Shown here piece after piece: positions 28,377 to 40,512 of a DNA stretch of 64,000 nt; position 1 is the first letter of the stretch, and the number at the start of each line of letters is the position of its first letter. The stretch spans positions 64,001 to 128,000 of the forward strand of contig JBFIML010000002.1 in NCBI GenBank assembly GCA_041611735.1, in the 5' to 3' direction. The position numbers and the translations under genes are program-made. Below the pieces are notes generated by a model. The model was not told the DNA's origin. It did not search any database and was given only the letters and a program-made list of their open reading frames with translations. The DNA comes from Myxococcota bacterium (lineage in GTDB: Bacteria > Myxococcota_A > UBA9160 > PR03).

Positions 28377-28934
28377 ATGAGCTTCCTGCTTCGCTACCTG
28401 GGACTCGGCGACGAGAGGGCCCGCGCGGGCTCCGGCTCCGGCGCCGAGACCGCGACCGTGCGGGCGATCGCGGCGCGCCTCGAGCGCCTGCCGCCGGAGA
28501 CGGCGCGGCACCTGGCCGCCTTCGCGTACGTGCTGGCGCGCGTGGCCCACGCGGACCTCCGGATCACCGAGGTGGAGACGCGCGCCATGGAGCGCATCGT
28601 GGCGGAGCGGGCCGGCCTGCCTCCCGAGGAGGCCGCGCTGGCGGTGGAGATCGCCAAGTCCCAGGCGCGTCTGCTGGGCGGCACCGAGAACTACGTGGTG
28701 ACCCGGGAGTTCCGCCGCATCTCCGAGCGGGCCGAGCGGGCCCGTCTGCTCGAGTGCCTGTACGCGGTGGCCGCCGCGGACGGGACGATCTCCGCGGCCG
28801 AGAGCCGCGAGATCGCCCAGGTCGCCGACGAGCTGGGCTTCACCCGGGCCGAGGTGAATGCGCTGCGGGCCGCGCACCGGGACCAGCTCTCGGAGCTTCG
28901 TGACCTGCCCGGGGGTCCCGACCCCCCCGCTTGA
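28377..28934 (+). CDS. TerB-family protein
   Basis: VAHADLRITEVE and VAAADGTISAAE motifs. Confidence 0.85.
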   Translation: MSFLLRYLGLGDERARAGSGSGAETATVRAIAARLERLPPETARHLAAFAYVLARVAHADLRITEVETRAMERIVAERAGLPPEEAALAVEIAKSQARLLGGTENYVVTREFRRISERAERARLLECLYAVAAADGTISAAESREIAQVADELGFTRAEVNALRAAHRDQLSELRDLPGGPDPPA

Positions 28935-28959
28935 CGGAAGGGCGGAGCGCACGCAGATT
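28931..28959 (+). promoter_or_regulatory. Sigma70-like promoter for the small basic protein
   Basis: TTGACG-17-CAGATT. Confidence 0.4.
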
Positions 28960-29052
28960 CCGGCGGCGGATCTGCCGGTCCCGCTGCGCTCGGTCCGCCA
29001 GGAGCCGGGGCGGCGGCGAGACGGAGCGGCCGGGAGGGAGGAACCAGATTCC

Positions 29053-29277
29053 ATGGCAGCACGAACCAAGAAGCGGGCGAAGAAGGCGGCGCGCAAGGCG
29101 CGGGCGGCCTCCTCGGCGCGGCGCGGCGCGGCCCGGCCGCGTGCCCGCGCAGCCAAGAAGAACCCGGCGCGCGGCAAGAAGGCGACCCGGACGGACACGG
29201 CTCCCGAGCGGGCCGGCGTGGTCTACACCGACGTCCTGCACCAGATGCGTTCGCGGCTGCTGGGCCGCCTCCAGTGA
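29053..29277 (+). CDS. Small Lys/Arg/Ala-rich basic protein (74 aa)
   Basis: MAARTKKRAKKAARKARAA...; SD GGAGG upstream. Confidence 0.7.
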   Translation: MAARTKKRAKKAARKARAASSARRGAARPRARAAKKNPARGKKATRTDTAPERAGVVYTDVLHQMRSRLLGRLQ

Positions 29278-29301
29278 GGACGGCGGCCCGCCGTGACCGG
29301 C

Positions 29302-29991
29302 TCAGCTGCGCACGAGCAGCAGGGTGTTCGGATCCAGGGAGACGTGCAGCTCGCTCACGTCGGGGTTGTCGTGGTCCTTCAGGGCGCGTAGGCCCACCAC
29401 GCCCTCCCCGGGCTCGAGAGCGAGGATCACGCCGAACACGGACTCGAGATCCCGGAGCGCAGCGGGAAGCGTGCCGATCTGCTCCTCCGGAGCATGCGCG
29501 GAGACCCAGAGCTCCACGTCCGCTTCCTCGGCGATGCGCTTCCAGGCCGCCAGCTCATCTCGCGAGGCGCTCGCCACGTCGAAGCCCTCCACCACCACCA
29601 GCGCGGGCTTCCCGCCCGCCTCGGTCTCGAGCTGGATGGCCTCGCGCAGCCGCTTGGCGTCGAACGCGGTGGGGGGGTAGGCGCGGATGCGGCGCAGGCG
29701 ATCCACCTGCGCATGCACTCGTGCCAGGTTCTCCAGGTGCGTGCTCGACGCGAGGTCGTCGAAGACGGTGTCGTAGTAGGCGCGCACGTGGGACACGGTG
29801 TGGTCCAGGCTCACGTGCAGCACGGTCTGGCCCCGCAGCAGGTCGTCGAGTGCGAGCCCGATCAGGAACGAGGTCTTCCCCACGCCGGGCCCCGCCAGCA
29901 CCAGCCCGAGGTTGCCACGCCCGAGGCCGCCGTGGAGTCCCTTCTCCAGCAGCCGCAGCGGACTGCGGGCGTTCAGGAAGCGGCTGTCCAT
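29302..29991 (-). CDS. RecA/KaiC/DnaB-like P-loop ATPase, single domain
   Basis: GGLGRGNLGLVLAGPGVGKT Walker A, VVVEG Walker B-like; directly downstream of fusA. Confidence 0.8.
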   Translation of the reverse strand: MDSRFLNARSPLRLLEKGLHGGLGRGNLGLVLAGPGVGKTSFLIGLALDDLLRGQTVLHVSLDHTVSHVRAYYDTVFDDLASSTHLENLARVHAQVDRLRRIRAYPPTAFDAKRLREAIQLETEAGGKPALVVVEGFDVASASRDELAAWKRIAEEADVELWVSAHAPEEQIGTLPAALRDLESVFGVILALEPGEGVVGLRALKDHDNPDVSELHVSLDPNTLLLVRS

Positions 29992-30013
29992 CGGGGGCCT
30001 CCGGGCTGCGGAC

Positions 30014-32110
<2,097 letters not shown>

Positions 32111-32175
32111 GATGGCGAGGCAAGGTAGCGGCCGCCCCGGGCAGACGCGAGCCCCGAGGGGCGCTGGCGCGGCGC

Positions 32176-32358
32176 TCAGGCGGCGAGGATCTCGTCGATC
32201 CCCTCCAGGATGCGGGCGAGCTCCTGGAAGCCCGCCATGACCTGGCGCGCGCGGCCCGGATGGCCGGCGCGTACGAGCCGTGCGCGCTCGCGCTCCAGCT
32301 CCTCGAGGCGCCCCACCACCAGTCGGCGGATGCGGCGCAGACGGTCTCGGTCCGTCAC
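32176..32358 (-). CDS. Small hypothetical helical protein (60 aa)
   Basis: [25 protein letters not shown]...[10 protein letters not shown]; fills an intergenic gap. Confidence 0.55.
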   Translation of the reverse strand: MTDRDRLRRIRRLVVGRLEELERERARLVRAGHPGRARQVMAGFQELARILEGIDEILAA

Positions 32359-32493
32359 CCTTTCGGCTCCGGGGGGATGACCCCCCCGTCTCGGCCGCCG
32401 GAGCGCTTCGATTGAGTGGCAACATTGGCGAGGCAACGGAAACCAGGCAGAAGCTGGAGCCCGGCCGGACGGCGGGCCCGGCCGGTGCGGGTT

Positions 32494-33423
32494 CTATGCG
32501 AAGCGGTCCCCGGGCGAAAGCCCGGCCTCGGACGCGGGGATCTTCGGGCCCTGGCCCCGGCGCACCTTGCCTACGGTCAGGAGCCCGCCCCGCGCCGCGA
32601 TTTGCAGTCGTCCCTCCTCGATGCCCAGCACCGTCCCCGGAGGCTCGGGGGTCTCGGAAGCAATCCGGCGGGCGTCGAACAGGCGCACCCGCTCGCCCTT
32701 CCACTCGGCATGGGCACCGGGCTGGGGGTCGCAGCCGCGGATCCAACGGTCCAGCTCCAGGGCCGGCCGCGACCAGTCCAGGCGCGCCACCGCGTCGGTC
32801 ACCAGGCCCTGGGTGGTGGCCCGGGACTCGTCCTGGCGGAGGAAGCGCGCGCTGCCGCGGGTGACCGCCTCGACCGCCTCGAGCATGGCCTCGAGGCCCA
32901 GCGGGTAGAGCTTCTGGAAGTAGAGTGTGGCGGCCGTGTCGGTGGGCTCGATGGCCACCCCGCCGCGCTGAACCACGATGGGCCCGCTGTCCACGCCGGC
33001 GTCCGGGCGGAAGATGGTGACCCCCGTCTCGTGCTCGCCCAGCATGATCTGCCAGGGGATGGCCGCGCCGCCCCGGTAGCGCGGAAGCAGCGAGGGATGG
33101 AAGCAGAGGGATCCGAGCCGGGGAGCCTCCACGATCTCCGGGGGCAGGATCACGGTCGTGAACGGCATCACGTTGAGGTCCGCGGCCGCCACCAGGAACT
33201 CCTCCACGCGCTCGGGAATGGCGGCCCCGCGGTGCCGATAGCTCCGATGTCGGTACAGGGGCAGGCGGCGGGCGGCGGCCTCCTCGGCCAGCGGGTCGGG
33301 TCGGCCGCGGTCGGGCGGGACGTGCACGGCCACCACCTCGTGACCGGCCTCGACGAGCCCCAGCAGCACCTCGCGGCCGAAGGCCGCCTGGCCGAAGATC
33401 GCGATGCGCTTCGCCGCCCCCAC
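32494..33423 (-). CDS. Formyltransferase-family protein resembling the 10-formyl-THF dehydrogenase N-terminal domain
   Basis: [42 protein letters not shown]. Confidence 0.85.
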   Translation of the reverse strand: MGAAKRIAIFGQAAFGREVLLGLVEAGHEVVAVHVPPDRGRPDPLAEEAAARRLPLYRHRSYRHRGAAIPERVEEFLVAAADLNVMPFTTVILPPEIVEAPRLGSLCFHPSLLPRYRGGAAIPWQIMLGEHETGVTIFRPDAGVDSGPIVVQRGGVAIEPTDTAATLYFQKLYPLGLEAMLEAVEAVTRGSARFLRQDESRATTQGLVTDAVARLDWSRPALELDRWIRGCDPQPGAHAEWKGERVRLFDARRIASETPEPPGTVLGIEEGRLQIAARGGLLTVGKVRRGQGPKIPASEAGLSPGDRFA

Positions 33424-33439
33424 GAGAACCCAGGGTAGC

Positions 33440-34063
33440 TCAGCGTGCCGTCGAGCGATCCCCGACCTGGCCTCGCACGCTGGCGGGGCTGCCGAAGGCG
33501 AGGCTGTGGGGCGGCAGGTCGCGCGTGACCAGGGAGCGGGTTCCCACCACCGAGTGCTCGCCCACCGTGACTCCGCGCAGCACCGTGACGTCCGCCGCGA
33601 TCCAGGCGTGGTCGCCGATGGAAACCGCCCCCACCCGTTCGGGGGTGTCCGCATCGAAGTCGTGCTGGTCGGCGTCGAACACGCGGCAGCCGGGCCCCAG
33701 GAAGGCGCGGCGCCCCAGGGTGACGGCCTGCTTGGCGCTCACGTGGCAGCCGTTCAGGAACGCCTCGCGCCCGACATGCAGGCGCGCACCCTCGAAGACG
33801 GCGAGCACCAGGGGCCCGAGATCCGTGCGCAACCAGCAGCCCGCCTCGATCTCGATGTGGGCCCCCGCCGCCGCCAGGATCCGCAGGGCCCCGGCGCGGC
33901 GCTCGGTGACCACGTCCGGCCCGATCCGCACCCGCGCCCCCGGTCCGAGCTCGAAGTGGGCCCAGGCGAGGTTGCTGCTGGCGCGCGGGTGGATCTCGAG
34001 GCCCGGGTGGCGGCGCATGACGCGCCCCAGCCGCCACCGGTCCAGGCGCTGGATCGCGCGCAA
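33440..34063 (-). CDS. Hexapeptide-repeat (LbH) O-acyltransferase
   Basis: VSIGDHAWIAADVTVLRGVTVGEHSVVG, AFGSPA. Start uncertain (TTG 34063 or ATG 34018). Confidence 0.85.
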   Translation of the reverse strand: MRAIQRLDRWRLGRVMRRHPGLEIHPRASSNLAWAHFELGPGARVRIGPDVVTERRAGALRILAAAGAHIEIEAGCWLRTDLGPLVLAVFEGARLHVGREAFLNGCHVSAKQAVTLGRRAFLGPGCRVFDADQHDFDADTPERVGAVSIGDHAWIAADVTVLRGVTVGEHSVVGTRSLVTRDLPPHSLAFGSPASVRGQVGDRSTAR

Positions 34064-34095
34064 GGCCAGGACCGCGGCGCGGGAGGGGGCCGCGG

Positions 34096-34344
34096 CTAGC
34101 TGCTCCGGCCCGGCGGAGACTGCCCCTCGCGCAAGCGGAAGGTGATGAAGCCGTGGGTCGGGTCGTAGGGAGAGAGCCCGACCTGCACGCGGTCGCCTGG
34201 AATCACCCGGATGCGGAAGCGACGCATGCGCCCGGAGAGCTGGGCGGTCACGGTCTGGCCCGACTCGAGCTTGATCTGGTAGCGGCCGCCGCCCAGGATC
34301 TTCTCCACCGTGCCCGTCGCCTGGATCAGGTCGTCTCTCGCCAC
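34096..34344 (-). CDS. infA: Translation initiation factor IF-1
   Basis: AQLSGRMRRFRIRVIPGDRVQVGLSPYDPTHGFITFR; GTG after GGGGAG. Confidence 0.95.
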   Translation of the reverse strand: MARDDLIQATGTVEKILGGGRYQIKLESGQTVTAQLSGRMRRFRIRVIPGDRVQVGLSPYDPTHGFITFRLREGQSPPGRSS

Positions 34345-34356
34345 GCACTCCCCGTA

Positions 34357-34391
34357 TCGTCCGCGCTGCCGAACCTCGTCCGCGCTGCCGA
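34357..34391. repeat. 16-bp direct repeat x2 in the infA leader
   Basis: TCGTCCGCGCTGCCGA at 34357-34372 and 34376-34391. Confidence 0.8.
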
Positions 34392-34510
34392 CCACGCCGG
34401 CGCGTCCAGACGCGGGGATTGGTAGCACTTAGGCGTGGACGCGCGCGAGGCGCGACGCGTCCTGCACGGGATCCCGCCGGCCACGCGGGTGCTAGGCTGT
34501 TGCGCCCCGG

Positions 34511-34603
<93 letters not shown>

Positions 34604-34657
34604 CCCGTCTCCTCGACCGCGATGCCGTCCGCGCTTCGGCCCCGGGGGGCGAACGGG

Positions 34658-37600
34658 TCAGGAAGTACCCTGCGGCCCCTCCCGCGCGGAGAGCCGGGCC
34701 TCCACGCTGCGGATGCGGGAAGCGAGGACCCGGAAGATCTCGAAGGCGATGTCGGGCATCTCGTGCACCAGCTCGCGCAGGCGTTCGCCGTCCAGGGAGA
34801 GCAGCCGGGTGGGCGTCGTGGCCACCACCGTGGCGCTGCGCACGGCACTGTCGAGAACGGCCATCTCTCCGAAGTAGCCGCCCGGACCGAGGGTGTTGAG
34901 CTTCACCCCCTGCGGGGTTCCGTGCTCCTTGTACACGGTCACCTGGCCCTCCTCGATCAGGAAGAGCTCCTTGCCGGGCGTCCCCTCCGCGACGATCACC
35001 TCCCCCGGAACGAATTCGAGCTCCCGGGTCATGCCCTCGATGGCTTCGAGCTGCTCGAGGGTGAGGCCGGAGAAGAGTCCGACCCGGCGCAGGAAGAGCA
35101 GGCGTTCCATGGCGTTCCCTCCGGTGCCCGCCGCCGCGTCGACGGCCATGCGGATCCAACGCGAGGAGACCTTCCGGCTCCTCTCGATCACCTCGTCCAT
35201 CCCGTGCGGCAGACCGCCGGGGAGCGACGGCAGGCTGCGCAGGCGCTCCTCCAGGGAGGAGCGCTCCAGGAGCACCGCCAGCCGCTGCGAGGCCGGAGCG
35301 TCGCCCAGGTCGGCGAGCACCTCGAGGGCGTCGGCGCGACCGCGCGCGGTGGCGAAACGCAACGTGCGCTCCACGCTTCGCACCACCGCCGGGTCCTCGA
35401 GGAGCGCCAGGATGGTGAAGGCCAGGCGGATCTCCCGGCCCAGCCGGTCACCCTGGGCGAGGCGCAGCAGGGCCACGGGTCCCTCTTCCTCCAGGGGCAG
35501 CGCATGCAGGCAGAGCTGGGCATCCCAGGCCGCATCCACGCGGCGCCGCTGCTCTGCCCGCAGCTGCTCCCGGACCTGACGCGTCCCGAGCATGCCGAGA
35601 ACGCGCAGGGCGGAGCGCACCGTCGGCTCGGAGTCCGCATCGAGCTGCCCGCGCGCCGCGGCGAGGCCCGCCTCTCCGCGTGCCGCCAGGGCGGTCACGG
35701 CCGCCCGTCGGACCTCGCGGGCCGGATCGCCCAGGGCGCTGGCCAGGTCCGCGTCGGCGACCGCCTCCGGGCGTCGGGCCAGGCACGCGACCGCGGCTCG
35801 CCGCACGCGCGGGCTGTCATGGCCGAGCTCCCCCACCAGGCGGGTGAGCGGCACCGCCGGCGGCTCCCGCAGGCGGGCCAGGCACTCGAGCGCCGCGGCG
35901 CGCACCTCCGGGTGCGCGTCGCCCAGGCGCCGGGCCGCCTCCGCCCCCAGCTCCTCGGGCAGGCGCTCGAGCGCCGCGGTCACCTCGCGCGGATCACTGC
36001 TGACGACCAGGGCGGCCAGCACGTCGCGTCCCTCCGTGCCGAGCCGGCTCGCGGCCGCGGCGCGCACCTGGGGATCGGCGTCGTCGAGCCGCTCGCGCAG
36101 CAGCGACTCCAGGGCCCCCCGCAAGGACTCCGGGAAGCTCTCCAGGGCTGCGAGCCGTACCGTCGGGTCCCGGTCGCGCAGGGCCGGCTCCCAGAGGGCG
36201 GGATCACCCCCCGCCTCGGTGGCGGCCAGCGCCTCGAGGGAGGCCCGGCGCACGGCCGGATGGGAGTGTCCCAGGGCTCCGCGCAGCGGCTCGAGAAAGC
36301 CGCGGGCCGCCAGCAACGGAGCCAGGTCGAGCAGGGCCGGCGATGGACGAGTGGTCACCTCGCGCAGCAGGTGCCCCCAGATGCGGGCGAGCTCCGACAG
36401 CTCGCGCCGACCCAGCTCGCCCCCGAGTTCGCCCAGATCGAGGCGACGCGCCCGCAGCTCCTCCACCAGCGCCCGGCGGTACTCGGCGCGCACCCGCAGG
36501 TTGGCGAGCAGGTACGCCAGGGCGAGGCCGCCCCCGGCCAGAGCGAGCCCGGAGGGCGGCAGGTCGCCGGTGACCAGCAGGATGGCTCCCGCCACGAACA
36601 TGCCGGCATACACCACGACCCCTTCCAGGAAGGCGCGACTGCGGGCCCGGAAGCGCAGCGGCAGGGCGTTGTAGACCAGCTGACGTACGGGACCGGCCAG
36701 GGCGTTCTCCAACATCTCCCGGTTCATGCGCGCAGCGAGGGCCGCCGGCAGGCGGAAGCTGGCCGCCAGGAGCAGGAAGCTCGCCACGGTCAGCACGGGG
36801 TGCATCAGGTTGGCGCGGGCCACGCCGGCGCGCTGGATCAGCCAGGGAACGAGGCCGAGCGCGATCACCACCTCGAACACGTTCGTGACGGCCAGGAAGA
36901 GGCCGAGGAAGGCGGCCAGCTCGGTCTCGTCGGGGAACTCCCGGGCCAGTACGTCGGAGTAGAGGTACTGGGCCACGAAGAGCGCCAGCACCATGGCGAG
37001 GGCCGAGGCCACCAGCCAGCGTCCGAGCGGGCTGCGCCGCAGGAAGCGGGTGGCCGCCCGCAGGCTCTCGACGGAGGTCTCGTCTTCCTCCTCGAACTCG
37101 AGTGCACCCCAGCGTCGCAGCGGACGTCGCGCGCTGCGCACCAGCACGGCCGCGACGGCCAGCGCGAGCGCCCACACCCAGAGGAGTGCCGGAGTCGACT
37201 CCCGCCCGAGCGCCACGGCGAGGCCACCGCCCACGGCCCCCCCCAGGCTCATGCCCACGCCGAGCAGGGGCGCCACGCGCTTGGCGGCGAGGGTGTCGAA
37301 GAGGTCTCCGGCCAGGGTCCAGAAGTGGTTGACGAGCACCGCCTGGGCCGCGAAGAAGAGACACAGGAGCGCCGGCAGGGCCGCCACGGAGCCGGCCGTG
37401 ACGGCAAGGGCCGCTCCACCCACGGCGAGGGCGCTCACGCTCAGCAGCTCCACGAAGACCCGGTCGTTGCGCGCCCGCCCGACGCGGAAGGCGTAGGCGA
37501 GGGTGGCGAAGACCGTGGCGGCCGCGGCGACCACGAAGGTGGCAGGCAGGCGGGCCGCCCCGAGCCGCGCCAGGAAGAGCGCTTCGGCGCCCGCGAGGCC

Positions 37601-37714
37601 CACCGTCTGGGCCAGGGTGATCAGGGCCCCGAGGGCGACGAAGAAGCCCACGCGCCCCTGCTCGCCGCGCCGCAGGGCCGGCAGGATCCGGGGCCGGGAG
37701 GGGGCGCGGCTCAT
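34658..37714 (-). CDS. MFS/NTT-like membrane domain + HEAT repeats + cyclic-nucleotide-binding domain
   Basis: About 12 TM segments with FWTLAGDLFDTLAAKR; repeated DxxPxVRxAA HEAT units; C-terminal GGYFGEMAVLDSAVRSATVVA. Confidence 0.88.
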   Translation of the reverse strand: MSRAPSRPRILPALRRGEQGRVGFFVALGALITLAQTVGLAGAEALFLARLGAARLPATFVVAAAATVFATLAYAFRVGRARNDRVFVELLSVSALAVGGAALAVTAGSVAALPALLCLFFAAQAVLVNHFWTLAGDLFDTLAAKRVAPLLGVGMSLGGAVGGGLAVALGRESTPALLWVWALALAVAAVLVRSARRPLRRWGALEFEEEDETSVESLRAATRFLRRSPLGRWLVASALAMVLALFVAQYLYSDVLAREFPDETELAAFLGLFLAVTNVFEVVIALGLVPWLIQRAGVARANLMHPVLTVASFLLLAASFRLPAALAARMNREMLENALAGPVRQLVYNALPLRFRARSRAFLEGVVVYAGMFVAGAILLVTGDLPPSGLALAGGGLALAYLLANLRVRAEYRRALVEELRARRLDLGELGGELGRRELSELARIWGHLLREVTTRPSPALLDLAPLLAARGFLEPLRGALGHSHPAVRRASLEALAATEAGGDPALWEPALRDRDPTVRLAALESFPESLRGALESLLRERLDDADPQVRAAAASRLGTEGRDVLAALVVSSDPREVTAALERLPEELGAEAARRLGDAHPEVRAAALECLARLREPPAVPLTRLVGELGHDSPRVRRAAVACLARRPEAVADADLASALGDPAREVRRAAVTALAARGEAGLAAARGQLDADSEPTVRSALRVLGMLGTRQVREQLRAEQRRRVDAAWDAQLCLHALPLEEEGPVALLRLAQGDRLGREIRLAFTILALLEDPAVVRSVERTLRFATARGRADALEVLADLGDAPASQRLAVLLERSSLEERLRSLPSLPGGLPHGMDEVIERSRKVSSRWIRMAVDAAAGTGGNAMERLLFLRRVGLFSGLTLEQLEAIEGMTRELEFVPGEVIVAEGTPGKELFLIEEGQVTVYKEHGTPQGVKLNTLGPGGYFGEMAVLDSAVRSATVVATTPTRLLSLDGERLRELVHEMPDIAFEIFRVLASRIRSVEARLSAREGPQGTS

Positions 37715-40449
37715 CGGACGCGTCGCGTGGTGCGCACCAGACGCTCGGCCTGGATGCGGTTCAGGTTCAGGAAGACGTGCGCCGCGATGCGCGGATAGCG
37801 CCGCCGCAGCCGCTCCAGGTCGTCCGGATCGAAGGCGATCACCCTGGTGTCGCCGAGGGCGTCCACGTCGGCGGTGCGGTTCTCGGAAAACAGGCCGATC
37901 TCGCCGAAGCTGTCGCCCCGGGTCATGGTGGCGAGCTCGATGCGGCCGGACCCGCGCTGCAGGGAGCTGCGCAGGGTGCCGTCGAGGATCACGTAGAGGG
38001 TGCGTCCCTTGTCGCCCTCGCGGAAGAGGGTCGCGCCCGCCGGGACGGTCCGGATGTCGGACATCAGGGCGAAGACGCGCGCCTGCCGCTGGCTCAGTCC
38101 GGCGAAGAGGGGGATCGAGCGCTGGGGCTCCGGACCGAGATCGAGGGTCAGCAGGTCCCACAGGGTCACGATGCGCGAGCCCGCGCAGAGCGCCGGCGTG
38201 AGCGTCACGTCGGTGAGCCAGGCCACGCCCAGGGTGAAGGCCGCCAGGACGCCGAACTCCGCCTGGCTGCGCAGCTCGCTGGTCCACAGCACGAGGAAGC
38301 CGGCGCACAGCCCCACGCTCGTGAACGTGACGGGGCGGATCAGGCCGCGCAGGGCCGAGAGCGTGGCGCTCCGCTCGTCGGCCAGGCGTTTGGCGTCGCT
38401 GTTGAAGCGCGCGAAGTAGTGGATCGTGTCGTCCACGGCGATGCCGAGGGCCAGGCACCCCACCAGGCTGGTCCAGGGGTTCAGGGTGACGCCGGTCAGG
38501 CCCAGGGTGCCGAAGTAGACCGCGATGGGCAGAACGTTCGGGAAGAGCGCCCGCAGTCCCATGCGGAAGGACGTGAAGAGGACCGCCAGCACCAGGTAGA
38601 TCACGCCGAAGGCCAGCAGCAGGCTCGTCCACTGGCCGCGCGCCACTTCGTCGAGGCTGCGGTCCAGCAGCACCAGGCTCCCGGTCACGTGGCCGCGCAG
38701 GTGCTGGGGCAGCTCGGCCAGGCGCGCCTCGATACGCGCGACCAGGGACCCGGTCTGCTGCGAGTCGGTGGAGCGGGCACGCACGTGAACCTTGACGAAC
38801 TGGTGACGGGCGTCGACCAGGCGCGCCGTCTCGGGGCTCGCCCCGAAGAAGAAGAGCTGCGTGACCAGGGACTTGCGCTCCGGGATCACGAAGAAGGCCG
38901 GATCGTCGTCCTGCAGGGCCCGGTACAGCATCTTCACGTAGTCGACGACCGAGATGGCCTCGCCCACCTCGGGCTGGGCCCGCAGCCACTCCTGCAGCGC
39001 ATCGAGCTGGCGCAGGTTGGCCGGCTCCAGGAAGGCGTCCGGCACGTCGGACTCCACGAGCACCTGGATCTCGTTGGCGCCCCCCAGGCGCGCGTTGATC
39101 GCCTCGGCTGCGACGCGGACCGGCGCGTGCTCGGGAAAGTTGGTCACGAAGTGGGAAGCCACGCGGATGCGCGTGGTGCCCGCCAGGGCGACCGCCAGGG
39201 CGACCACGCCGGCGCTGATCACGAGGGTCCGGCGGCGGGTGGCGAAGTCGCCCAGGCGCTCCGCCAGGCGCTGGAGGCGCGCGCCTTCCGCGCGGGCGGG
39301 AAGGCGGGCGGGCCGCGGGAGCAGGGCCAGGACCGCCGGGGTGAAGGTCAGGGCCGCGGCCACCGTGTAGAGCACCCCGAGCACGGAGAACCAGCCGAAC
39401 TCGCGGATCGCCAGGATCGGGCTCACGCCGAGGGCCAGGAAGCCCGCCGCGGTGGTGAGACCCGTCACCAGCACCGGGACGCCCACTTCGCCCAGGACTC
39501 CCTCCACCAGGGGCCGCGGCGCGCCCGACGCGTCCGGAGCGGACCGACCCAGCCACGCGTAGTACTCGGCCACCACGTGCATGGCGTAGCTGAAACCGAT
39601 GGTGAGGATGAGGGGCGGCACGATCGTGGCCACCAGGTTGAGCTCGCGGCCGAGCCAGCCGAGCGTGCCGAGCGTCCAGACCTCGGCGATGCCGATGGTC
39701 GCCAGCGGGAGACACACGGCGCGCGCGGTGCGGAAGGCCACGAACAGCACCACGGCCAGGATCCCCACCACGGCCGGGAGGACGATGGAGAGGTCCCGGA
39801 GGATGGTCCGGCTGATCACCGTCTCCACGTGGGGGGAGCCACTGATCCAGACCTCGGCGTCTCCGGCCTCGGCCTGGGCGATCCCGGCGATCTCCGTGTC
39901 GATCCCGCGCGCGACCACCTCCCGGCCCCCCAGGCGCTCGAGCTGCACCAGGAGCGCGGTGGTGCGGGCGTCCCGGGAGACCAGGGTTCCCGCGTAGATC
40001 GGGTTGGCGAGCGCCTCGCGGCGCAGCCGCGCCAGGGCCTCGGCGTCCGAGGGCACCTCGTCCACGAAGGGCGCCACCTCCACGTCGCCGTCCACGCTGC
40101 GCACGTTCAAGGCGCTGGAGAGGGAGAGGACGTTGTAGACGCCGTCCACCGCCGCCATGCGTTCGGTCATGCGCACCACGGCGCTGAGCACCTCCGGCGT
40201 GAAGACGTCCTGCACGCCGAGGGCGATGACGATGGTGTCGTCGCTCCCGAACTGGAGCCGCGCCCGCTCGTAGAGAGCGAGGTCGGGCCCGCTCGAGGGG
40301 AGCAGCGAGTCCACGGCCGGATTGACTGCGAGGCGCAACGCACCGCTGCGGGGATCGACCAGGCCCAGCAACGCCAGCGCCGTGAGAACTCCGACCGCCA
40401 GCAGCACCGGGATCGGATGCCGGGCGATGGGACGCAACCAGCGAGTCAC
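37711..40449 (-). CDS. MMPL/RND-family transporter with C-terminal cNMP-binding domain
   Basis: Two-repeat RND topology, TTAAGFLAL, GIAVDDTIHY, LTPAL; tail FREGDKG...GDSFGEIGLFSENRTADV. Confidence 0.9.
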   Translation of the reverse strand: MTRWLRPIARHPIPVLLAVGVLTALALLGLVDPRSGALRLAVNPAVDSLLPSSGPDLALYERARLQFGSDDTIVIALGVQDVFTPEVLSAVVRMTERMAAVDGVYNVLSLSSALNVRSVDGDVEVAPFVDEVPSDAEALARLRREALANPIYAGTLVSRDARTTALLVQLERLGGREVVARGIDTEIAGIAQAEAGDAEVWISGSPHVETVISRTILRDLSIVLPAVVGILAVVLFVAFRTARAVCLPLATIGIAEVWTLGTLGWLGRELNLVATIVPPLILTIGFSYAMHVVAEYYAWLGRSAPDASGAPRPLVEGVLGEVGVPVLVTGLTTAAGFLALGVSPILAIREFGWFSVLGVLYTVAAALTFTPAVLALLPRPARLPARAEGARLQRLAERLGDFATRRRTLVISAGVVALAVALAGTTRIRVASHFVTNFPEHAPVRVAAEAINARLGGANEIQVLVESDVPDAFLEPANLRQLDALQEWLRAQPEVGEAISVVDYVKMLYRALQDDDPAFFVIPERKSLVTQLFFFGASPETARLVDARHQFVKVHVRARSTDSQQTGSLVARIEARLAELPQHLRGHVTGSLVLLDRSLDEVARGQWTSLLLAFGVIYLVLAVLFTSFRMGLRALFPNVLPIAVYFGTLGLTGVTLNPWTSLVGCLALGIAVDDTIHYFARFNSDAKRLADERSATLSALRGLIRPVTFTSVGLCAGFLVLWTSELRSQAEFGVLAAFTLGVAWLTDVTLTPALCAGSRIVTLWDLLTLDLGPEPQRSIPLFAGLSQRQARVFALMSDIRTVPAGATLFREGDKGRTLYVILDGTLRSSLQRGSGRIELATMTRGDSFGEIGLFSENRTADVDALGDTRVIAFDPDDLERLRRRYPRIAAHVFLNLNRIQAERLVRTTRRVR

Positions 40450-40512
40450 CGTTCCCCGCTCTCCGCCCGCGCCCGCCGGCGGGCGGAACACCGCCCTCCC
40501 CGGGGCGGCGCT

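Noticed and set aside
27933-28934. Arsenic/tellurite resistance island
   Set aside because: Only a lone ArsC-like gene and a lone TerB-like gene; no arsR/arsB/acr3 or ter operon.
34420-34495. CIRCE-like TAGCAC...GTGCTA
   Set aside because: The arms are about 60 nt apart rather than 9; better explained as divergent promoter elements for infA and tRNA-Ser.
35200-36300. Repetitive DNA inside the MFS-HEAT gene
   Set aside because: Explained by protein-level HEAT repeats, not a DNA repeat element.
34658-39715. Apparent 1685-aa giant ORF, and similar long N-terminal extensions (209..2194, 2136..3842, 3580..6138, 42340..44394)
   Set aside because: The extensions overlap real genes in another frame; true starts are downstream (37714, 1082, 3279, 5119, 44041), so these are not fusions.
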